40,808 nucleotides of DNA from an uncultured Atopobium sp. (GTDB lineage: Bacteria; Actinomycetota; Coriobacteriia; Coriobacteriales; Atopobiaceae), in assembly GCA_916050095.1 (NCBI GenBank), contig CAJZJP010000001.1, positions 1-40,808 of the forward strand, in the 5' to 3' direction. Positions 1 through 7,893 of this stretch are shown here, in pieces; position 1 is the first letter of the stretch; every line of letters begins with the position of its first letter. The notes below the pieces were generated by a model. The model worked only from the letters and a program-made list of their open reading frames with translations. It was not told the origin of the DNA and searched no databases. Position numbers and translations under genes: made by a program.

Positions 1-48
1 GTGAATATTTACGTGACCATTCACGTGGATATTCACGTCGATATTTGC
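1..48. repeat. Four imperfect tandem copies of a 12-bp near-palindromic unit (consensus GTGAATATTCAC), truncated by window start
   Basis: GTGAATATTTAC GTGACCATTCAC GTGGATATTCAC GTCGATATTTGC read directly at 1-48. Confidence 0.7.
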
Positions 49-57
49 TTTTAGTTG

Positions 58-97
58 AGCTCCAGCCCCATAGGTGAGCTGGGGCTTATTTGATTTT
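58..97 (+). terminator. Possible intrinsic terminator of an upstream gene
   Basis: AGCTCCAGC (58-66) pairs with GCTGGGGCT (78-86, one G-U), followed by TATTTGATTTT. Confidence 0.45.
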
Positions 98-236
98 CTC
101 GCTATATAAATACTTTTACGAAGCGGCTATGATATACATACGTCCGCAAGGCATGCTCGTGTCATGCTTGCTTCGTATACGTCATGCTAGTTTGTTAGTG
201 CTTCTACCTGCTGCTTCATGAGAAACGAGAGATGCG

Positions 237-2180
237 ATGCTGGATATTCGTCGTGTTTTGGCAAGTGCGCCCAAAAAGCATACGGAGGAAACGCTGAATT
301 CTCTGACGACTGTTTGGGGAGAGTCGCTTGATACATCGAACGTGTTGCCTGAGCATCCGCGTCCTCGTATGCAGCGCGACAATTACGTGATGCTGAACGG
401 CGTGTGGGAGTATGCGATTGCGCCGGTAGATGGCGAGGTGGACGCAGAAACCCTCACGCAACAGGCAATTCCTTCCCGTTGGGATGGGCAGATTGTGGTG
501 CCATTCTCGCCAGAAGCTCCGCTTTCTGGGGTTGGTCGTACGGTGCGTCCAAATGAGCTTTTGTGGTACAGGCGCAAAATTGACTTGCCAAAACTGACCG
601 ATGACCAGCGGCTTATTCTGCATTTTGATGCGGTTGACTGGATGTGCGCATGTTTTGTAAACGGCAAGCTCGCCGGTACGCATATTAGCGGTTACCTGCC
701 GTTTTCTTTTGACATTACGAATCTGCTTGGGTTGGTCGAGGTGGCAGGTGCGGTTGAGAGTGCCGCTGAGGCTGAGAGTGCGGTTGAGAGTGCGGCCACT
801 GCTGAGCTCGTGCTTTGCGTTTGGGATCCAAGCGATACCGGCTCTCAACTGCGCGGCAAGCAGCGACTTTTGCGTGGCGACATTTGGTACACCGCTCAGA
901 GTGGAATTTGGCAGAGTGTGTGGTACGAGGTTGTTTCTGCAGCTCATCTTGAGTCGCTGACGTTAAAGGGCGACATGTTCGGCGCTCTTGAAGTTAAGGT
1001 GAACGTGCAGGTAAGCGGGTCAGCAAGTGCGAAGTCGAGCACGCAGTCGAGCGCGGTGGAGCTGGAGTTGGCGCTTAAAGATGAGCTTGGGCAAGACGTT
1101 CTTTTCGCCAGGCTTCCGGTGAGCGAGGCAGGGGAGGTGTCTGCTGAGCTGCATGTGGATGTGCCGCAGCTTTGGTCACCGGAGAGCCCGCACCTCTATA
1201 CCGTGGAGGCTACGCTTCGACAGGATGACGTAGCTGTCGATGCAATCCACAGTTATTGCGCGTTTCGTACTGTTGAAGTGAAGCGCGATGAGGCTGGTGT
1301 GCCAAGGGTGCATTTGAATGGAGCGCCGTATTTTGTGCGTGGCGTGCTGGATCAGGGCTATTGGCCTGACGGATTGCTGACGGCGCCGTCCGATGATGCG
1401 CTGGTATATGACGTAGAAGCCATGAAGTCGGCTGGTTTTAATACGCTGCGAAAGCATATCAAGATTGAAAGCGAACGCTGGTACTACCACTGTGATCGAC
1501 TCGGCATGCTGGTTTGGCAGGATTGTGTTTCGGGCGGTAGCGCATATAGCCCCTGGCACACGAGTCGAAAGCCGACGCTGTTCAGCTTTACCTGGGGACG
1601 ATTTGACGACACAACTCCAACTCATCACGAGGCTTTATCCGCAGGTGACGAGAGCTATCGCAAGGAGTGGACAGAAACTTGTCAGGAAATGGTCAAGCTT
1701 TTGGACGGGCATCCTTCGATTGGATTTTGGACGCTCTTTAACGAGGGTTGGGGACAGTTTGATGCTTGCACAGCTACTGAGGCTGTTCGCGCCTTGGATG
1801 CAACACGTCCAATCGATGCGACAAGCGGTTGGTATGATCAGGGCTGTGGTGATTTTCTGAGCATTCACAATTACTTCCGACCACTTCGCGCAGGTTGGAG
1901 TGGGAAGCAACGGGGGAATCGAGCGGCAATAATCTCTGAGTTCGGTGGCCTCGCGCAGATGACGCCAGGTCACACGTCACTTGACCACTCATACGGGTAC
2001 GGAGATTTTGCCACGGTTGAGGAATGGCGAGTGGCTGTCAAAAAGTTGCTTACAGAGGCGGAATTGCTGCAGGCTGAAGGCCTTGCAGGATACGTATATA
2101 CCCAGGTATCTGACGTTGAGGAAGAGGTAAACGGCCTGCTAACCTACGACCGAAAGATCAACAAGTTTAACAGGCAGTAG
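237..2180 (+). CDS. Glycoside hydrolase family 2 (beta-galactosidase/beta-glucuronidase-like), cytoplasmic
   Basis: 647 aa; EHPRPRMQR, LNGVWEY, LHFDAVD, LDQGYWPDG, RKHIKIE, acid/base motif TLFNEGWGQF and nucleophile region IISEFGG; no signal peptide. Confidence 0.9.
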   Translation: MLDIRRVLASAPKKHTEETLNSLTTVWGESLDTSNVLPEHPRPRMQRDNYVMLNGVWEYAIAPVDGEVDAETLTQQAIPSRWDGQIVVPFSPEAPLSGVGRTVRPNELLWYRRKIDLPKLTDDQRLILHFDAVDWMCACFVNGKLAGTHISGYLPFSFDITNLLGLVEVAGAVESAAEAESAVESAATAELVLCVWDPSDTGSQLRGKQRLLRGDIWYTAQSGIWQSVWYEVVSAAHLESLTLKGDMFGALEVKVNVQVSGSASAKSSTQSSAVELELALKDELGQDVLFARLPVSEAGEVSAELHVDVPQLWSPESPHLYTVEATLRQDDVAVDAIHSYCAFRTVEVKRDEAGVPRVHLNGAPYFVRGVLDQGYWPDGLLTAPSDDALVYDVEAMKSAGFNTLRKHIKIESERWYYHCDRLGMLVWQDCVSGGSAYSPWHTSRKPTLFSFTWGRFDDTTPTHHEALSAGDESYRKEWTETCQEMVKLLDGHPSIGFWTLFNEGWGQFDACTATEAVRALDATRPIDATSGWYDQGCGDFLSIHNYFRPLRAGWSGKQRGNRAAIISEFGGLAQMTPGHTSLDHSYGYGDFATVEEWRVAVKKLLTEAELLQAEGLAGYVYTQVSDVEEEVNGLLTYDRKINKFNRQ

Positions 2181-2385
2181 TTGTTGGATTGTTGTTGAGT
2201 AATGCTCTACGGTGTCCGGTAGTCAAGCGATGAACAGTGGTTTGAAAGATGCTCTATCAATTGTGAAGCCTGCAGTATTGGGGTTAATTCTCTGCGTAGC
2301 AGCCGTGGTTTTTTGTGAGAAGAAGAAATAATGCAGACCAGTAGGCAAGTTGTATTGCATAAGATAGTACTTCTTATAAATTAGT

Positions 2386-3654
2386 CTAAAAGTCGCATAC
2401 AGTGTTTATCAGTGATTTAAATACTCGATACACGCGTGTTAAATCTTCTACAGGAACGTACTCATTTGGTTTATGAGCCCGTTCAAGTTCTCCAGGCCCA
2501 TATGACATACATTCTGTATTTTTACAGGTGGATGCAATTACAGCGGTATCGGTATATCCAGTAAAAATATCGAGCTTTGCAGGCGTATTGCAAGATTCTA
2601 CACACGAGAGAAGCTGTGCGAGAAGTTCTGAATTCTTGGGAAGGACAACGGAAGGCCTATTTCCCGTAATGTCATAGCTGGCGTGAGTACCGCAAATCTC
2701 TGTTTGGGCTTGCTTGATTGCTTGTTGCACTATATGCTCTGCAGCTTGCGTTGTTGTAGGGGGTACTAAGCGCATGTCAACCCAGAGTTCGGCTTTATCA
2801 GGAACAACGTACGGTTGATATCCACCCACAATCTGCCCAAAGGTTACCGTTGATGATCCAAGTTCTGGATGAGTGGGTAGACTCTGCACTGCAGTTCGTA
2901 TCTCATTTATAACAATTGCCATTGCAGCGATAGCATCAGCACCTTTCCAAGGGGTGCTTGCGTGAGCTGTGATTCCGGTAACAGTAATTTTGAACCAGGT
3001 TCGACCTTTGTGAGATCCACGGATGGCATTGTTTGTAGGCTCAGCGTCAAGCACCCAGCCTTTCTCGCCAACCCAACCAGCATCAATAACACGTTCAACG
3101 CCACGCATATTAGCTTCTTCGTCAACCGTGAAGATGACAGAAAGAGATTTTTGGGGAAGCGTTTTTTGTGTCTTGCATGCCTGGCAAGCGTCTCTAAAGG
3201 CGAGAAGTGCACAGGCAAGTCCCCCTTTCATATCACATGAGCCTCGTCCATACAGCAGTCCATCTTTATATACGGGATTGAATGCAGGTGTTTCAGAGTC
3301 CCAGCCATCGCCATCAGTTACGGTATCCATATGGCAGATAAATGTCAGGTCTGATGGGGGGAGTGTAGAGGAATCAAATGATGTGGTAGCACTGGGGATT
3401 GTTGCCCTAAGACAACGTCTATGAGGAAAAACCTCAATTTCTTGAATAAAGGGGAATAGTTCTTTTTTGTTTGGTAGTGAAAAAGAACACGAGTCAACAA
3501 TCCACGCTTTAATAAATGTTTCAATTTCTTCTTCATAAGAACCAGGATCAGTACTTTTAAGAGCAACAAGTTGTGCTGTCATTTTTGCAACTTCTGGTAG
3601 GTTGTTAGGAAGTTTGGATGCGTCAAAATTAGTTCTGCTTGACATACTGTTCAT
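2386..3654 (-). CDS. M20 family metallo-amidohydrolase (ArgE/DapE-like)
   Basis: CHMDTV, LYGRGSCDMKGG, VDEE, AEPT, GITAHASTPWKG, YGPGELERAHKPNEYV motifs. Confidence 0.88.
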   Translation of the reverse strand: MNSMSSRTNFDASKLPNNLPEVAKMTAQLVALKSTDPGSYEEEIETFIKAWIVDSCSFSLPNKKELFPFIQEIEVFPHRRCLRATIPSATTSFDSSTLPPSDLTFICHMDTVTDGDGWDSETPAFNPVYKDGLLYGRGSCDMKGGLACALLAFRDACQACKTQKTLPQKSLSVIFTVDEEANMRGVERVIDAGWVGEKGWVLDAEPTNNAIRGSHKGRTWFKITVTGITAHASTPWKGADAIAAMAIVINEIRTAVQSLPTHPELGSSTVTFGQIVGGYQPYVVPDKAELWVDMRLVPPTTTQAAEHIVQQAIKQAQTEICGTHASYDITGNRPSVVLPKNSELLAQLLSCVESCNTPAKLDIFTGYTDTAVIASTCKNTECMSYGPGELERAHKPNEYVPVEDLTRVYRVFKSLINTVCDF

Positions 3655-3720
3655 CTCTCAAATTTAACCGATTACCGAAAAAGGGTTGCTACTTGTATAA
3701 AAAAGATTACTCTATCTATG

Positions 3721-3757
3721 TCTAAATAATAGTTAGGTTACAAAACTTTTCATTAGA
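3721..3757. promoter_or_regulatory. Putative operator A (tandem 17-bp imperfect palindromes, 3-bp spacer) between divergent M20 hydrolase and permease
   Basis: TCTAAATAATAGTTAGG-TTA-CAAAACTTTTCATTAGA; same architecture at 6250, 13937, 15370 and 23273. Confidence 0.6.
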
Positions 3758-3844
3758 TTTTGTAGTAGCGATGTTTGTTTAAGTAGGTTGTGGTGTGTAG
3801 GTTAGCCACATAATATAAAAAAACCACAAGTGAGAGAGGGCACT

Positions 3845-5308
3845 ATGGCGGATTCAAAGAAATCCATTTTGTTTCAATGGGATGGGGTACCGTCTGTTGG
3901 CGAGCTTATTCCACTTTCATTACAGCATGTAGTTGCAGCTGTAGTGGGCATCATTACACCTGCAATTATTATTGCGGGTGTTTGCAATCTTGCCCCAGCG
4001 GATAAAACACTGCTTATTCAGGTTTCGTTAGTAATGTCTGGATTAGTTACTATTTTGCAGGCATATCCACTCTTCGGCAAGTTTGGTGCAGGGTTACCGA
4101 TAATTATGGGCACAAGTTTTGCCTACGTACCTACCCTGCAAGCTATTGGCGCTGCTAATGGAATTGGGGCCATTCTTGGAGCTGAACTTATCGGTGGTAT
4201 CGTTGCTGTTTTGTTTGGTTTCTTCTTTAAGAAGATTCGTGTGTTATTCCCTAATGTTGTAACAGGTACCGTAGTACTTTGTATTGGTCTTTCTCTATAT
4301 AGCGTTGCTATTGGATATATGGCCGGTGGTAAGAGTTCAGCAAACTTTGGTGCTCCTCAAAACTGGATTGTTGCTCTTATTACTCTTGCTGCATGTATTT
4401 ACTTCAGTAATTTTGCTAAAGGTGTTTTCAAGCTCGGATCTTTACTTTTTGGCATGCTCGTAGGTTATGTTGTTTCCATTCCTTTTGGCATGATTAACTA
4501 CGACTCTGTAGTCAATGCTTCTTGGGTTGAGCTTCCTCACTTTATGCCTTTTGCACTTGAATTTGTTCCAGCAACAATTGCTTCGGTAACTATTGTCTTT
4601 ATTGTTGCTGCACTTGAGGCTGTTGGTAACATGACTGGTGCAACGGTAGGCGGTATGGATCGTGAACCCACCGATACAGAGCTTACTGGTGGTCTTGTTT
4701 CTCAGGGTGTTATGACTATGGTTGGCGCTTTCTTTGGAGCATTCCCAACTTCAACATATGGTCAAAATGTTGGTATCGTGACACAAACTCGTGTTATTAA
4801 TCGTCATGTTTTTGCGGTTGCAGGTGCAATCCTTTTGGTAGCTGGTTTGGCGCCAAAGTTAGCGGCAATTCTTTCAGGTATTCCTCAACCTGTTATTGGC
4901 GGAGCTACTATTAACGTATTCGGTACTATTTCAATGACTGGTATTCGCATTCTTTCTAAAGATGGCCTTACTCCTCGTAGAGCAACTATTGCAGGTTTGT
5001 CTCTTGCGTTAGGTATGGGTATTACCATGACGTCTAACTCTCTTGCAGGCCCTGGAATGCCTGCGTTTATTAATGAGGTATTTGGACATTCTGCTATTGT
5101 TGTTGCAGCACTTTCTGCCATTATTCTTAATCTTGTTCTTCCTAAGGGTGGACCTGATAAGGAAGTTGTGAAAGCAGTTGAGGGAGCCGCAGAGGTACAG
5201 GAAGAAGCAGTTGGAGCATTGTATAAATCAGCTGCGACAGGTGTACCTGCAGTTGAGCATAAGCCAGGTTCTGTTAAGGCGTATAAAACAGACTATAAGT
5301 CTGAGTAG
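3845..5308 (+). CDS. NCS2/NAT family xanthine/uric acid permease
   Basis: Highly hydrophobic; SLQHV in TM1, GTSFAYV, NAT signature QNVGIVTQTR; ATG at 3845 follows GAGAGAGGG (ORF track starts at GTG 3830). Confidence 0.92.
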   Translation: MADSKKSILFQWDGVPSVGELIPLSLQHVVAAVVGIITPAIIIAGVCNLAPADKTLLIQVSLVMSGLVTILQAYPLFGKFGAGLPIIMGTSFAYVPTLQAIGAANGIGAILGAELIGGIVAVLFGFFFKKIRVLFPNVVTGTVVLCIGLSLYSVAIGYMAGGKSSANFGAPQNWIVALITLAACIYFSNFAKGVFKLGSLLFGMLVGYVVSIPFGMINYDSVVNASWVELPHFMPFALEFVPATIASVTIVFIVAALEAVGNMTGATVGGMDREPTDTELTGGLVSQGVMTMVGAFFGAFPTSTYGQNVGIVTQTRVINRHVFAVAGAILLVAGLAPKLAAILSGIPQPVIGGATINVFGTISMTGIRILSKDGLTPRRATIAGLSLALGMGITMTSNSLAGPGMPAFINEVFGHSAIVVAALSAIILNLVLPKGGPDKEVVKAVEGAAEVQEEAVGALYKSAATGVPAVEHKPGSVKAYKTDYKSE

Positions 5309-5348
5309 TGAGGATTTACCTTAGTTTCTCACCTTCGTTTTAAAGATT

Positions 5349-5387
5349 ACCTCCCATTTCTTAGATAATAGGAAATGGGAGGTTTTA
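5349..5387. terminator. Stem-loop terminator between convergent permease and regulator genes
   Basis: ACCTCCCATTTC...GAAATGGGAGGT followed by T-rich tail. Confidence 0.8.
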
Positions 5388-5411
5388 TTGTTGACGATAT
5401 GTTACCTACAA

Positions 5412-6059
5412 CTATAAATTTTGATTTTTTGCCTCGTCAAGATAGCTGTAAAGAGTGTACTTTGAAATGCCAAAATAGGAACAGACTTTTTGACCTGATT
5501 TGGTAATAAGAAATGCTCCAGAATCATTAAGAAAACGGATTGCTTTGATTTTGTCATCTTTTGTCATAAGAGCAACAGGACGCCCAACCATGCGTACGCT
5601 TTGATCAATAAGCTCATCGAGAAGATCGGTTACGTTATGTGGAATGGTCTGCGGAGTGTCTTCAGATGAATTGCTGGGAGTAATGAGACCACGTAAGGAT
5701 TCTTCCATTGCAGAGAAAAGTGCAATGTCGTAGTTAATAGCAAAAATTGCGATTGGTTTGTGTTTCTCATCACGTAGGTAAATAGTTGTTGATTTGAGTA
5801 TCTTGCCGTCTTCTGTTTTGGTGAGATAAGAGGGAGAGTCATGAAGCTTTTCTGGATTTGAATGGAGTGCTTTGAGTACTACGTTTGAAGGGCCATCTCC
5901 GATACTTCTTCCTGTTATATGACCATTCTCAATAGCAACTATGGTATGAGCAGGATCTTTACTCTGAAGATCATGAACAACAACTTCACAGTTTGAGCCA
6001 AATTCTAGAGCAATACCCTGTGCAAGACGTTTTAAAAAATCAATCTGCTGCATGTCCAT
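5412..6059 (-). CDS. YheO-like PAS plus C-terminal HTH transcriptional regulator (DauR/HeuR-type)
   Basis: FGSNCEVVVHDL, IENGHITGRSIGD, LKSTT, GAFLITKSGQKVCSYFGISKYTLYSYL; ATG at 6059 downstream of GGAG preferred over TTG 6074. Confidence 0.9.
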   Translation of the reverse strand: MDMQQIDFLKRLAQGIALEFGSNCEVVVHDLQSKDPAHTIVAIENGHITGRSIGDGPSNVVLKALHSNPEKLHDSPSYLTKTEDGKILKSTTIYLRDEKHKPIAIFAINYDIALFSAMEESLRGLITPSNSSEDTPQTIPHNVTDLLDELIDQSVRMVGRPVALMTKDDKIKAIRFLNDSGAFLITKSGQKVCSYFGISKYTLYSYLDEAKNQNL

Positions 6060-6249
6060 AGTGATGTACTCCAAGTATGAAAATTAGTTTCAAAATTATT
6101 TTAAACAATTCTACCCTAACAGGTTTTGTTTATGCAGGAATAGGACACTATGTATAGGTATTGGTTAATGTGGCAAGAAACCGTTTACGTCAAGATTCGA
6201 CCGTACACCGATAAGTTAGTTGTTTTGACAAAATTTATGAGAATATAAA

Positions 6250-6286
6250 CCAAATAAAAAATTAGAATATAAAACAAATTGTTTGT
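6250..6286. promoter_or_regulatory. Putative operator B between divergent regulator and ssnA
   Basis: CCAAATAAAAAATTAGA-ATA-TAAAACAAATTGTTTGT. Confidence 0.55.
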
Positions 6287-6410
6287 TTTGGTTTTTGCAC
6301 AAAAGAGAAGTCGGGCTCTCTTTAATATATGTCCGAACGGGGTGTCGGAGAGGGCACATCCGTCATTTTATACGCCGTAGCTGATCTGCGGCACGTGGCA
6401 AGGAGTTCCT

Positions 6411-7766
6411 ATGCTGCTTATTGTGAACGGTCGTGTTATTACGCGCGACGAAGCTCATCCGTACATTGAAGATGGTGCCGTAGCAATTGAAGGTCAGAAG
6501 ATTGTTGCCGTTGATACGCGTGCGAAACTTGAAGCCGCCTATCCCGATGCAGAAAAGCTTGACGCGCATGGCGGCGTCATTATGCCAGGTCTTATTAACT
6601 GCCATACTCATATCTATTCTGGCTTGGCACGTGGTCTTGCTATCAAAGACTGTAACCCTCACAACTTCCTTGAAAATCTTGAGCAGCAGTGGTGGAACAT
6701 CGACCGTCATCTGACGCTTGATGGAACTCGCGCTTGCGCTTACGCAACTATCCTTGATTCACTGCGAGATGGTGTTACTACTATCTTTGATCACCATGCA
6801 AGTTTCTGTGAGATTCCTGATTCACTCTTTGCTATCAAAGACGTCGCAAAAGAGCTTGGTATTCGTGCTTGCCTTTGCTATGAGACATCTGATCGTGATG
6901 GAGAGGTCAAGCGTGATGAGTCTATCGCTGAAAATGCTGCCTTTGCTAAATGGGCTGCAGATGAAGATGACGATATGATTGCCGCTATGTTTGGTGGACA
7001 CGCCCTCTTTACGCTTTCTGATGAGACGCTGGATAAGATGGTTGAGGCCAACAACGGTCTTACCGGCTTCCATATTCACGTTTGCGAGGGCATGGATGAT
7101 GTATATGATTCTGCTCTTAATCACGGAACCACTGCGGTACATCGCCTGCTTGATCATGGTCTTTTGGGCGAGAAGACCATGCTTGGCCACTGCATCCACG
7201 TAACTCCTGCTGATATGGACATCCTTGCTCATACTCATACCAGCATTGTTAACAATCCTGAGTCCAATATGGGTAATGCGGTTGGGTGTGCGCCGGTACT
7301 CGAGTTCTTCAAGCGTGGTATTGATGTATGCATGGGCACCGATGCGTATACGCACGATATGCTTGAATCGCTGAAGGTCTTCTTACCTATGCAGCGTCAT
7401 AATGCTTGTATGCCAAATGTTGGTTGGGTTGAAGCTATGACCATGCTCTTCAAGAACAATGTCAAGATGGCCGAGAAGTACTTCTCAACAAAGTCTAATG
7501 GCAAGCCTTTAGGTAAGCTTGCATCTGGTGCTGCTGCTGACATTGCAATCTTTGATTACAAACCGTTCACGCCGTTCTCTGACGAGAACATCGACGGTCA
7601 CATGCTCTTTGGCTTTGAGGGTAAGAACTGCCGCACTACTATTGTCAACGGTAAGGTTCTCTATAAGGACCGCGAATTTGTTGCGTTTGATGAGGACAAG
7701 ATTAACGCTTGGACTATGGTTGAGGCTAAGAAGCTTTGGGGAGAGCTCAACGGCCGCCAGTATTAA
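6411..7766 (+). CDS. ssnA: Amidohydrolase SsnA (purine catabolism cluster)
   Basis: PGLINCHTHIYSGLARG, GVTTIFDHHAS, CYETSDRDG, HIHVCEG, NNPESNMGNAVG, GTDAYTHDM; AAGGAG RBS; next to ygfK. Confidence 0.92.
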   Translation: MLLIVNGRVITRDEAHPYIEDGAVAIEGQKIVAVDTRAKLEAAYPDAEKLDAHGGVIMPGLINCHTHIYSGLARGLAIKDCNPHNFLENLEQQWWNIDRHLTLDGTRACAYATILDSLRDGVTTIFDHHASFCEIPDSLFAIKDVAKELGIRACLCYETSDRDGEVKRDESIAENAAFAKWAADEDDDMIAAMFGGHALFTLSDETLDKMVEANNGLTGFHIHVCEGMDDVYDSALNHGTTAVHRLLDHGLLGEKTMLGHCIHVTPADMDILAHTHTSIVNNPESNMGNAVGCAPVLEFFKRGIDVCMGTDAYTHDMLESLKVFLPMQRHNACMPNVGWVEAMTMLFKNNVKMAEKYFSTKSNGKPLGKLASGAAADIAIFDYKPFTPFSDENIDGHMLFGFEGKNCRTTIVNGKVLYKDREFVAFDEDKINAWTMVEAKKLWGELNGRQY

Positions 7767-7774
7767 GTTGTTAT

Positions 7775-7805
7775 GACGAGAAGAACTTTGAAAGTTCTTC
7801 TCGTC
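7775..7805. other. Perfect 15-bp inverted repeat with 1-nt centre after ssnA
   Basis: GACGAGAAGAACTTT-G-AAAGTTCTTCTCGTC; no real U-tract. Confidence 0.85.
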
Positions 7806-7893
7806 TTGCGCATGAGCGCAAATAGGGCGTCGCCCGCGGACGCCATAAGTGCGGGGACTATAACTCACATTGGTTAAAAGGAGAGGAACCAAA

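Noticed and set aside
2181..2385. Mobile-element end or att site at the block boundary
   Set aside because: No repeat matching the other boundary near 34662-34730, and no integrase or transposase seen
3760..3844. Purine riboswitch before the permease
   Set aside because: Conserved aptamer junction sequences are absent; only short TGTGG/CCACA pairings
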